Virus record (IMG/VR): IMGVR_UViG_3300025853_008930
Span: 16,706-80,705 of that record
DNA from: a virus
Strand: one strand, 5' to 3'
DNA length: 64,000 nt
The translations under genes and the position numbers were made by a program. Positions 10,498-19,342 of the stretch are shown here, piece after piece. The notes beneath the pieces were generated by a model. That model did no database searches and was not told the origin of the DNA. It saw nothing but the letters and a program-made list of their open reading frames with translations. Each line of letters starts with the position of its first letter. The first letter of the stretch is position 1.

Positions 10498-10834
10498 ATT
10501 AATGCCCCCAAATATCCATTTTATTCACCTATGAATACATCTAAACCTACAAAATCCCCGTCTATTTGTTTTTCATAGTTCCAAAAAATCTCACCGTTAA
10601 ACTCATCTTCATCCGCATATCTCAATTTCCAACCTAACTCATTTAATTTTTTATTTAGTTTATCCCAATCTACATCTAAAGGAAACAACAAATCAATATC
10701 TTTTGGGTCTTCCTTTTTACCAACCGAACCCACTATTTTAGGTTTAAAATATTCTAAATCTTTTAACAATTGATTAGCAATAGAGACATAATTTTTAAGA
10801 ATATTTTTCCACATATTAATGCCCCCAAATATCC
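10483..10834. repeat. 35-bp perfect direct repeat (10483-10517 and 10800-10834) flanking one gene
   Basis: aatatttttccacatattaatgcccccaaatatcc occurs twice. Confidence 0.95.
10521..10814 (-). CDS. W-tag protein, minimal nucleotidyltransferase (Pol-beta fold)
   Basis: Starts MWKNILKN; IVGSV...KDIDLL (GS..DxD) with a later LDVF aspartate. Confidence 0.6.
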   Translation of the reverse strand: MWKNILKNYVSIANQLLKDLEYFKPKIVGSVGKKEDPKDIDLLFPLDVDWDKLNKKLNELGWKLRYADEDEFNGEIFWNYEKQIDGDFVGLDVFIGE

Positions 10835-11034
10835 TTAGCCCTCTCTATAATCCAACCCATTATATTGATGTCAAAGACTCCCATGATATTACCTATCAAA
10901 AACGATGATAAGGCCGCACAAGAACCCCAAAAATACATCTTCATTTTTATAAAGAACATATCTGCTGAATGCGCCCGACTTTGATTATACACATAGTCGG
11001 ACTCACTAAAGCCCATTATGTCGCCAAAGACCAA
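10816..11034 (-). CDS. Small membrane protein
   Basis: Hydrophobic segment YFWGSCAALSSFLIGNIMGVF. Confidence 0.6.
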   Translation of the reverse strand: MVFGDIMGFSESDYVYNQSRAHSADMFFIKMKMYFWGSCAALSSFLIGNIMGVFDINIMGWIIERAKDIWGH

Positions 11035-11045
11035 TCAACCACAAC

Positions 11046-11453
11046 CTATTGTTGTATAGTCGCTAAGAATTCATTACCTATTGTATTGTCGTCGTATTCT
11101 TCGTTAGCCATTACTCCGCCTCGCCATGATTCACGCCTTACTGTTCCGTATTGCTTCATGCTTTCTTGTAGTTTAGCCTTGATTTGTTCTTCCCTTTGTA
11201 GTCTTTGGAAGTGATTTTCTATTTGTCTGTCTAGTAACCTAATCTCAATCTTATCATTTAGTGATAGGTCAAACAATGCTTTCATAACCATTATTCCACC
11301 AACTGTAATAAGACCAAACAAAACAGAATGTGCTAATGCCGTATAAGGAAAGTTCATTCCATATGTAGAATAGAAATATACATTCGCTCCGCTAACTGTT
11401 CCGACAAATAAAATTGTCATAATCAACCTTGTATCTTGACTTAGTGCCGCCAT
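11046..11453 (-). CDS. Two-TM membrane protein with a coiled-coil tail (holin-like topology)
   Basis: Two hydrophobic segments followed by a charged helix. Confidence 0.6.
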   Translation of the reverse strand: MAALSQDTRLIMTILFVGTVSGANVYFYSTYGMNFPYTALAHSVLFGLITVGGIMVMKALFDLSLNDKIEIRLLDRQIENHFQRLQREEQIKAKLQESMKQYGTVRRESWRGGVMANEEYDDNTIGNEFLATIQQ

Positions 11454-11462
11454 AATAAAACC

Positions 11463-11768
11463 TCAGTTGAACTCGACTGAAACATTGGCTGTAGAAATTC
11501 CTGCTTCTGTTACTTCCAAAAATATTCCGTTTCTACACAAAACACCATGCATATCGTATTCAAGATTGTAATGTCCTGTAACTGCATGATGTATTCTAGC
11601 AACTTCTGTTCCTGTGTTATCTGTTCCGTTGAAAACCTTAACTGTAACTGCCGCATTAGAAGCAATTGTGATTGCCGCATGAATGCTAATTAACTTAGCA
11701 CCTTCATTGCTTACAACCGCACTTGCACCTAATACGCCACTACTTCTACAACCGCCTATGCCTGTCAT
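11463..11768 (-). CDS. Small beta-rich virion protein
   Basis: Downstream of capsid gene; composition. Confidence 0.45.
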   Translation of the reverse strand: MTGIGGCRSSGVLGASAVVSNEGAKLISIHAAITIASNAAVTVKVFNGTDNTGTEVARIHHAVTGHYNLEYDMHGVLCRNGIFLEVTEAGISTANVSVEFN

Positions 11769-11820
11769 ACTCTCACCTGTTCAATTGACGGAGATAGACT
11801 CCACCTATTTAATGTAGCGA

Positions 11821-12165
11821 TTACTCTTTCTTTGTTTTAGAAGGAGTTTTTGCTTTTGGTTTAGGCTTTGGTTTAGGTTTAGGCTTAGGCTTCTCTTTCT
11901 TAGGGAGAAGTTCATCTGCTAATTGTTTAGCAGTTGAAATATCCTTACCTGTTTCCTTACAACCCATTAGAACAAGTTTTTCATTAAGTGCTAATAACTC
12001 TTCACGGTCTTCTTCACCGAAAGTAAAGAAATAATTTGGGTCGGAAAGACGAAGGACAGCCCATTTTACCGAGACTGTCGCTTCTTCTTTCCTTGTTATT
12101 TCTTGCTTTGGTGTAATGTTAAGTCTACCGATTTTTGAATTATCAGATAATCTAACTGTTACCAA
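11821..12165 (-). CDS. Hypothetical protein with (PK)n basic tail
   Basis: KPKPKPKPKPKPKAK C-terminus. Confidence 0.55.
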   Translation of the reverse strand: MVTVRLSDNSKIGRLNITPKQEITRKEEATVSVKWAVLRLSDPNYFFTFGEEDREELLALNEKLVLMGCKETGKDISTAKQLADELLPKKEKPKPKPKPKPKPKAKTPSKTKKE

Positions 12166-12175
12166 TCAAGCCACC

Positions 12176-12538
12176 TCAAAGGTTGCCCCAAACTCTTACT
12201 CTTACGCTCATGTCAGTAATATTTCCGGTAGCGGCCGCATTTGTTCCGTCGTTTGCTACAAAAACTAATGCAAATTGTGTGCTACTTTCATATTCACCTG
12301 CGGAATTTACAGGATGGTTTCCTACTTCAACATAGGCTTGGTAAGTAGCAGAAAGACCGTTTCCGGTTATTGCTACACAATGAACTGTGCTTAGTCCGAA
12401 AGAACTAGCCTCTATTACTTCTCCACCGCTTGTTGCGTCTGTTACTCTAACATAACCATCAACTACATATTCATTACCGCTAACTTTAGGTCGTGTAATG
12501 CCATTATGGTCAGGTAATAATGCTACTGTATGTGTCAT
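12176..12538 (-). CDS. Putative capsid decoration protein
   Basis: Small beta-rich ORF close downstream of the MCP. Confidence 0.45.
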   Translation of the reverse strand: MTHTVALLPDHNGITRPKVSGNEYVVDGYVRVTDATSGGEVIEASSFGLSTVHCVAITGNGLSATYQAYVEVGNHPVNSAGEYESSTQFALVFVANDGTNAAATGNITDMSVRVRVWGNL

Positions 12539-12549
12539 TATTAATCACC

Positions 12550-12813
12550 TTACTGTCCAATAGCCATGAAATAAACTACATCACCGCTAACACAATGTAT
12601 TGCTACATCACCACTTTCTAGTGGTAAATCTGCATTAACTACTGCTGTTGCCGCTTCTTCTGCACTTCCCTTGTGGGTAAATACAAGACTTTCAACTAGT
12701 GATAGCCCAGTTTCAATGTTTCCATCGGTGCTATCCGAAGTAGTTTGACCACAAACTATCTTTCTGTTTCCTTCTAAATTCATTTCTAAATGTATTACTG
12801 TTGCAAATGCCAT
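12550..12813 (-). CDS. Putative capsid decoration protein
   Basis: Small beta-rich ORF immediately after the MCP. Confidence 0.45.
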   Translation of the reverse strand: MAFATVIHLEMNLEGNRKIVCGQTTSDSTDGNIETGLSLVESLVFTHKGSAEEAATAVVNADLPLESGDVAIHCVSGDVVYFMAIGQ

Positions 12814-12835
12814 ATATATCCTCTCCTTTTTTTCC

Positions 12836-14173
12836 TCACTGTATGTTTGTTATCTTTCCTTGACCCTTGAAGAAGGAACATCCGACTTCACCAATTGTTC
12901 GATACAAAGCCCTGTTACCTAGAGTTCCAACACCGAATGGGTTTCCATTGGCGATACCATCTTCAAAGTATTGTGTTGGTTTCATAACCGATAGCCACAA
13001 ATGGTCTGTATCAAGGAATAGTAAATCACTTAGTTTTGTTGAAGCACTACCTGTTTGGCACATATCCTTAACAGGGATTAGTGGAATATCGTAGTATGTT
13101 GCTACTCTAAATCCAACTTCTTGACCTTTAACTCCTCTAACACCGTTTACAGTTGGCACGACTTCTTTTCTGTCCATGAATCTTTCTTGGCTTTGTAGTA
13201 AGTCAGCAAGTGCTTGAATAGTATCATAACCTGTTAGAATAACCTTTGGAGAACCACCGGCTAGTCTTAGGTTTCTAATCATATCATTTAGTCTTGTTAG
13301 AGTTAGTGAACGAACATCTCCTGCCGCATATCCACTACCAAAGTCTACTTCTGCATCAAGGAAAGATGCCGCAGTAAATCTCTCACTACCGTAAATCTTT
13401 CCTAGAGCGTTAGAAGCGGAAGTTGTATCAGTAGCGATAACTCCACCGTCAATTGCTAGTAGTTCTGCTCTTGAGGTAATAACCTTGTTTAGAGAAGTAT
13501 AGTTGTTTCCGATATTTGGCATAGCGGATGATTCACCATAATGCTCTAGTGGCATAACCAACATTTTGTTTTGAACTTCAGCGTGATGCTTACCCATATC
13601 TTCACGCATTTGCGCTCTAATATCGCCAATACCATCATCAATTTGTGCCATTTCCATAGCAAGTTCACTGAAATCAAATTGATGTGCAACTACTTTAGGA
13701 CTCATGTTGAGTTGTGCATAAGTTGGTGCAATTGGGCCAAGTCCATCTTGTGCTGTTGAAAGTCCTGCATTTTCAGGAACACCACCAATCATATCTGCTC
13801 TTGGGCTATCCGAACCTAGTTCTGCTAAGTTTTCTGTTCCGCTTGCATCAACAGTAAACAAGTTACCGCTTCCACCGGCAGGTCGTGACTTTAGAACTCT
13901 CCAACCACTAGAAGAATATGGCCTCTTTGAAATCATTGAAAGAGCATTAACTTCTCTATTCAACATTGACCATACTTTCTGTCCGTAAACAATGTTGTAA
14001 AGTGCTGATACATCACTAACAGCACTACCGGAGAATGATGGAGAACCATCATGTCCTGTGTGTATTCCACCAATAGCACCGGCTTGCTTCAAAAGAGCGT
14101 TACCGGCAGGTAGATTGTTTATTCCATATGTGCTTGCTTCTAAATCTGCGATTGTGTTAATATAACCTGTCAT
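12836..14173 (-). CDS. Major capsid protein (HK97 fold)
   Basis: 445 aa after protease/scaffold; YGQKVWSMLN, VATYYDIPLIP, QGKITN motifs typical of archaeal tailed-virus capsids. Confidence 0.85.
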   Translation of the reverse strand: MTGYINTIADLEASTYGINNLPAGNALLKQAGAIGGIHTGHDGSPSFSGSAVSDVSALYNIVYGQKVWSMLNREVNALSMISKRPYSSSGWRVLKSRPAGGSGNLFTVDASGTENLAELGSDSPRADMIGGVPENAGLSTAQDGLGPIAPTYAQLNMSPKVVAHQFDFSELAMEMAQIDDGIGDIRAQMREDMGKHHAEVQNKMLVMPLEHYGESSAMPNIGNNYTSLNKVITSRAELLAIDGGVIATDTTSASNALGKIYGSERFTAASFLDAEVDFGSGYAAGDVRSLTLTRLNDMIRNLRLAGGSPKVILTGYDTIQALADLLQSQERFMDRKEVVPTVNGVRGVKGQEVGFRVATYYDIPLIPVKDMCQTGSASTKLSDLLFLDTDHLWLSVMKPTQYFEDGIANGNPFGVGTLGNRALYRTIGEVGCSFFKGQGKITNIQ

Positions 14174-14174
14174 C

Positions 14175-15449
14175 TTAAATTCCTCCTACCATTTTGTGAA
14201 TGTCCGACCAATCCATTTCAGCCATCTCATCCATACTTGGGAGTTTAATTGCGGATTCTTCTTGAGCCTTTAGGATAGTTTCCTTTTCTGCTGTCAAAGA
14301 TTTCCTTAGTTGTGTAAATTCATCTTTAAGAGAAGCAATCTCGCTTTGTGCATCATAGTTTTGCTTTGCGATAACATTCTCTCTTGTTGAAACTTCTCTT
14401 GCGAATCTTGCTTCAAAAGACTTCTTTAGGTTGTCATAAGCAAGTGATTCAAGTTGTTCTTGTCGGAAAGCCTCATATGCTTTCTCAATGTTTCCAACTG
14501 ACAAATCAAGAGTATCAAATTCTCCATTGTTAAATGCCTTTACAACAGGCATGTCGGATGAAGTTGGCTTACCGTTGTTAATAACAATACGGTCAGCAGG
14601 TTCTCCAATTTGGTTTCCTGCACCATCAAGAGTTCTCAAGTAAGCCTTTGCTTCTTCATCTTGGTATTCTCCCATTCCCTTCTCATCTTCTGCATCCATG
14701 TCTTCTTCATCTTCTTTGTCCATGCCGTAGTCTCCTCTCTCCATGTCATCATCAGCCATTTCTGTTTCTTTCATACCCTTTTCATCAAGAGCCTCTTCTT
14801 CTTTACGAAGCGTATTTACTTCTTCTAGCAAAGTGTCTAGTTCTGCTAGGGCTTTTTCCAGTTTATCACTCATATTATTGTCTCCTTTATCTTGTTTCAA
14901 AATATCGAATCTCGCTTCGGGGTTAATTCCTTTTTCGCATATAGTAATTTCATGCAATTCTAACTTGCTGATTTCATTATACTCACCCAAGTTTTCATTA
15001 CTTTTCTTTACTTTTTGGAGGGCTTGACCTCCTATGCTAAAAGACCTTAATGACCCTTTGCGAATGTTTCTGCCAACTTCTTTGGCTTTTTCTATATCAT
15101 CTCGTAGTTTAATTACTACAAAGAAACCAACATCATCTACTTCAGATTTCCAAAGTCTACCTGTGCTGTCTCTATAAGAATCCACAACTTCTCCAACTTG
15201 AACATTGGAATGGTTTGTCATGACATTTCTAAATTTAGAATCTTTCATGAACTTAACAACTGCTTCTTTCAAAGCAGATAGTGTAATTAAATCATTTTGC
15301 TTATCAACAATTTCAATGCTAGCATAGCCGCCAATCATTAAGTCGTCACTTCTAGCCTTAAGGATGGTAAACCCATCATTCCTAGTTGCTAGAACTGCCG
15401 ATGCCATTTCGCTCAAAGGGAAAAAATTTCCTTTTAATATATAATACAC
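14175..15449 (-). CDS. Prohead protease fused to an acidic scaffold domain (start probably MASAV)
   Basis: IGGYASIEIVDKQND, MTNH, SFSIGG, LHEITI..GINPEA protease motifs; acidic coiled-coil C-terminus. Confidence 0.9.
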   Translation of the reverse strand: MYYILKGNFFPLSEMASAVLATRNDGFTILKARSDDLMIGGYASIEIVDKQNDLITLSALKEAVVKFMKDSKFRNVMTNHSNVQVGEVVDSYRDSTGRLWKSEVDDVGFFVVIKLRDDIEKAKEVGRNIRKGSLRSFSIGGQALQKVKKSNENLGEYNEISKLELHEITICEKGINPEARFDILKQDKGDNNMSDKLEKALAELDTLLEEVNTLRKEEEALDEKGMKETEMADDDMERGDYGMDKEDEEDMDAEDEKGMGEYQDEEAKAYLRTLDGAGNQIGEPADRIVINNGKPTSSDMPVVKAFNNGEFDTLDLSVGNIEKAYEAFRQEQLESLAYDNLKKSFEARFAREVSTRENVIAKQNYDAQSEIASLKDEFTQLRKSLTAEKETILKAQEESAIKLPSMDEMAEMDWSDIHKMVGGI

Positions 15450-15466
15450 ACGGTTATTTTAAACAA

Positions 15467-18016
15467 TTAATCCTCTTTTGGAGGTAATTCAAGACTACTA
15501 TATTTATCTTCATAAATATTCCATAATCCTTTATCAGCATCAGTATCAGCAGGTTTTTGTTCATAGCCTGTCCATGCTAGCCACATTTTCTTTCCTTTAA
15601 CTTCAAGCATTCTAACATGAAGTTTAGTTTCAAACTTATTACCCTCTAAGAAATATTCGTGATAGCCTTCCTTTTGAACACCTAACTTAACATCACCACT
15701 ATCAATCAATTTACGCTTGGATATGTTCTTAGCAACAATAGCAGGGAACTTCCCTGCCTTGCCAAATAGTTCAAAGACATCATCTTGTGAATCTAATCTA
15801 ACCATCCAATTAATGCTTTCATCACCTAACTTCATTACTATGTTTAGGCTATCGTCGTCTCTAAGATATATTTTAAACTCGCCACTTCTGTATTTTTCAG
15901 GTGTCTCATATTCTTTCTTGATAGTGTCCATTAATATCTTATCATGCTCGGCAAACAACTTTTTTGTTTTAGCATCAAAGGATATTCCATCTCTATTTTC
16001 AAACCAATCCTTAACTCTACTTTCTTTGCTTTCTAATATATCTTGATATTCTTTTTTATTATTCTTTACCAAAAAGTTGTGAACTTCTTTAGGAGTCTTT
16101 GCTCCTTTCTCTTTCAAGTAATTAAATATAGCAACAGTAAGTTTAGATTGTTTCGTTTTCATTATCTCTTCTGCTTGTTCTTTCCACAAGTCTAAATCCA
16201 TTAAGGCATTTTTAGCCATTAGATTATCTTGCTCAAAGCCATAGATAGTAAAACCATCCATATCGCTCTTAATTATAATGCTAGCCTCACCGTGAATATG
16301 GTCAGTAATTACAATGCCTTTCTCTACTTCTTCTACATTATATTTGAGAGACTTGTCAGTATCATTGATTAGCATTTGTAATGTAACTAATTTATCCGGT
16401 GTTTTACTTTCTGCAATCTCAGTTATCTTTGCGGAATAAACTACAGGCTTACCCTTGACTTCTTTTACCTTATCAATAGAGACTCTAACTACTTCTCCAA
16501 CATCTGCTGAAACTTTAGTGTTAGTAGCACTACCAACTTCAAGATAGTTTACTCCTTCTATCTTTTCATCTCCTTCTTCAACCGGCCCTGCCCCTAATTT
16601 GTAAGAAAAGTTAGAACCGTTTTTCTTTTTATCAAGAACAATTAAATCTAGTTCTACAAATGGTTTCCAACGAATCCACTTAGGATTCTTTTTCGTTCCC
16701 AAGAAATATGTAGATGTAGAATCTTTAATCATAGCCCCTTCTGCTGTTGGTATTTCCATAATTTTCTTAGCATATTCTTCAACATCTTTTAGGCTGTCTG
16801 CAACCCTAGTATCTTTTTTAGATGGGAATGTTAAGTCCTCACTAGAATGTATAGAATAGTTGTTAAACATTATTTGCATTCTATTTTGTAGCGTATCTTC
16901 CATGAGGTTTTCTTCATTGTGTCTCATAATGTCAAACACATGAATTCTAACCTTGCCTTCTCTTTTTCCCTCTAAGTATTCTGCGGCTTCTTTTCTTTTA
17001 AGAGAATCTTCTCCGTCAAATAAAACTAAAGAAGCATCTAAGATACAATCACCAAAATGTTTTTTCTTTAGTTCCTCAACTGCTTCTTTACACTTTGATG
17101 TAATGTCTTTTCCTGTATAATCATAGACTTTTATATTCTTATCTATTTTATGTAATTGAATTCTAAAACCATCGTATTTTTCTTGAACATAAAACTCACC
17201 ACTAAATCCCTTTAGTTCGTTCATATCTTCTATTGTAAATATTCTATACATTGGTTTGTTAGGGATTATGAAATCACTTTGGGCTTTTTCTTCATCGGAC
17301 TTCTTTTCTTTTAGAATAACTTTATCGTCTTGTTCCTTATCTTTAGTGGCTTTTTCTTCATCCATATCTGTATCTATGTCTTCTAATTCAGCCCACTCTT
17401 CTTTAGTGTTTTTAGATAAGAATATTAATTCTAACATATTCATAGCGGCTTTTACTTTAGCCTCTACTTTTTTAGAGTCTTTACCATCACCATAATGTTC
17501 TATAATGTAAAGTGCAACATCATCTACTTCTAGGTCTAATCCCATAAGTCCTTCTGTGATGTCATCCGGTTTCATATCTTTAATTGAATATGCTTCTTTT
17601 GGTAGTGCTTTATCATCTTCTCTAATAGCATAATGAACAAACTTAATCATAAGTTCGGGTGATTCTAATAATGCTTCTAATACATTGCCTTTGAATTTTT
17701 TAGCGAAGGGGTCACTAACTTCTTCCGAAGAATACCTAAGTGCCTTTATTGCTTCATACAATTTTTCAGCATTATTTGTGCTAACATCGGAGACATCATC
17801 CGCCTCTAATAAGTCATCATCAATATAATCCTTGAGTTCATTTGAAAGAGCATCCGTCATTTCATATGCGTCTTTAATTCTATTTACTGCGTTTCTCCAT
17901 TTAGAACCGTATTCCTTTGGGTCGGTTCTTGCTGAAAGATAAGCGACTCTCGTTCTTTCAAAGAGTCTTAGAATATCTGTGGATATTGACTTATCCTTCT
18001 CAATAAGGAGAGGCAT
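15467..18016 (-). CDS. ATP-dependent DNA ligase-like multidomain protein in the head module
   Basis: QEKYDG (motif I), LDASL, VFDIM, EGAMIK, WIRWK, OB-like region; extra N- and C-terminal domains. Confidence 0.8.
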   Translation of the reverse strand: MPLLIEKDKSISTDILRLFERTRVAYLSARTDPKEYGSKWRNAVNRIKDAYEMTDALSNELKDYIDDDLLEADDVSDVSTNNAEKLYEAIKALRYSSEEVSDPFAKKFKGNVLEALLESPELMIKFVHYAIREDDKALPKEAYSIKDMKPDDITEGLMGLDLEVDDVALYIIEHYGDGKDSKKVEAKVKAAMNMLELIFLSKNTKEEWAELEDIDTDMDEEKATKDKEQDDKVILKEKKSDEEKAQSDFIIPNKPMYRIFTIEDMNELKGFSGEFYVQEKYDGFRIQLHKIDKNIKVYDYTGKDITSKCKEAVEELKKKHFGDCILDASLVLFDGEDSLKRKEAAEYLEGKREGKVRIHVFDIMRHNEENLMEDTLQNRMQIMFNNYSIHSSEDLTFPSKKDTRVADSLKDVEEYAKKIMEIPTAEGAMIKDSTSTYFLGTKKNPKWIRWKPFVELDLIVLDKKKNGSNFSYKLGAGPVEEGDEKIEGVNYLEVGSATNTKVSADVGEVVRVSIDKVKEVKGKPVVYSAKITEIAESKTPDKLVTLQMLINDTDKSLKYNVEEVEKGIVITDHIHGEASIIIKSDMDGFTIYGFEQDNLMAKNALMDLDLWKEQAEEIMKTKQSKLTVAIFNYLKEKGAKTPKEVHNFLVKNNKKEYQDILESKESRVKDWFENRDGISFDAKTKKLFAEHDKILMDTIKKEYETPEKYRSGEFKIYLRDDDSLNIVMKLGDESINWMVRLDSQDDVFELFGKAGKFPAIVAKNISKRKLIDSGDVKLGVQKEGYHEYFLEGNKFETKLHVRMLEVKGKKMWLAWTGYEQKPADTDADKGLWNIYEDKYSSLELPPKED

Positions 18017-18022
18017 GTGGCA

Positions 18023-18541
18023 TCACTTTGTTATTGGCCCAACTCTATCTTTTTTGAGTCTTGGACTTGTTGGAGGAATGACTTTTATTTTTTCAATAAT
18101 ATATCTTTCCGAACTACCATCTGCTGACTTGGCTATAATCTGTAATTTTGCATCAGCAATAAAACTAGGATTAGATGAGGAAGAAGATTCTTGTTTTACA
18201 TCACCAAATCGGTTAGCAAGGGTTTCCGTAAGTTTATCCATAGAAAATGTTTTACCAATCAAGGATTTTCCAACTAATTGTAAACCCCCCTCATCTTGTT
18301 TCTTCAAACTCTCACCTGCTAAACCATAGCCTTCTTTCTTTTGAGTTTGATTAGTAATCTTAGAAGCGTCTTGCACCTTTGGCCTCTTAATCTTCTCAAC
18401 TTCGGGGTCTGTATCTATTTCCAATACTTGAGTTGGCTCAATGTTCTTTCTTTGTTTTGCGCTTAATTCTTCCTTAGCCTTTCTTGCTTTTTCGATAGCA
18501 AGACTAATTATTCTTTCTTCTTTTGTTACTCTTTCCGGCAC
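18023..18541 (-). CDS. Hypothetical protein
   Basis: Coupled ORF in the head operon. Confidence 0.55.
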   Translation of the reverse strand: MPERVTKEERIISLAIEKARKAKEELSAKQRKNIEPTQVLEIDTDPEVEKIKRPKVQDASKITNQTQKKEGYGLAGESLKKQDEGGLQLVGKSLIGKTFSMDKLTETLANRFGDVKQESSSSSNPSFIADAKLQIIAKSADGSSERYIIEKIKVIPPTSPRLKKDRVGPITK

Positions 18542-18798
18542 TACTGACCACCTACATTTTCTACCATCTTATGAATGTCTTTCCATTCCATGTTTCCTAC
18601 ATCCTTTAATGGAGAACCACCAATGGTTCCGTTATTCATCTTAGGAGTCGGACTATCAACAACAACAAAGCCGGACTTCATTAGTAAGTTATCGTCATTG
18701 TAAACTGCTTTCTCTAAACTTTCTATCTTAGCACTAAGGGCTTTAATAATCTCAAGTAGTTCTTGATTAATTGTATTTTCTTCACTCATATTTATCAC
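18541..18798 (-). CDS. Small protein sharing its C-terminal motif with the scaffold
   Basis: MEWKDIHKMV compared with scaffold MDWSDIHKMV. Confidence 0.65.
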   Translation of the reverse strand: MINMSEENTINQELLEIIKALSAKIESLEKAVYNDDNLLMKSGFVVVDSPTPKMNNGTIGGSPLKDVGNMEWKDIHKMVENVGGQ

Positions 18799-18983
18799 TT
18801 CATTTTATCCGCTAGGACAAACGGTGGACTCCCGTTATACACAAGAACCTTCTCACGGTTCTTATTAAAAATATATCCTATTGCGTATATTGCCTTTCCA
18901 GTATCCAAGTCTTTTCTTTCTCTCACAACTATTCTCTTAGTGTATAGAGGCAAGTCTTCTTTAATTATATTTTTCCAACTCAT
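18795..18983 (-). CDS. W-tag small protein (MSWKNIIKE)
   Basis: ORF track; motif. Confidence 0.6.
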   Translation of the reverse strand: MSWKNIIKEDLPLYTKRIVVRERKDLDTGKAIYAIGYIFNKNREKVLVYNGSPPFVLADKMK

Positions 18984-19342
18984 CTCTTTTCCTCCTTTGG
19001 TGGATATACTAAATCTCTTAGTTGTCTGTAAAGCAACTCATAGTCCTTACGGAGTTCGGTAGCCGAAGCGACTATATCTACATTCCGTTCATCCATAGAC
19101 TTCATTTTCTTTGTAAGTTTTTTATCGGACTTAACTAACTCTACATCTTTTAATGCTCTAATTAACTCACCTAACTTAGTAAAATCTTGACCAAAAAATT
19201 CTGTTGGTTGTGCGGCTTGTAGTGTTTTCTTTAGACGCTTAGTTTGTTTCTTATCTAATGTGTCTAATATATTCTTCTTTATTTTTTCTTCTTTCTTTAT
19301 GGTAAATTCTTTACCTTCTTCATAATAATCCCATGTCATCAC
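18980..19342 (-). CDS. Hypothetical helical protein
   Basis: Coupled ORF. Confidence 0.55.
   Translation of the reverse strand: MMTWDYYEEGKEFTIKKEEKIKKNILDTLDKKQTKRLKKTLQAAQPTEFFGQDFTKLGELIRALKDVELVKSDKKLTKKMKSMDERNVDIVASATELRKDYELLYRQLRDLVYPPKEEKR

Noticed and set aside
11850-11895. Short tandem repeat ttt(a/t)gg
   Set aside because: It simply encodes a Pro-Lys linker
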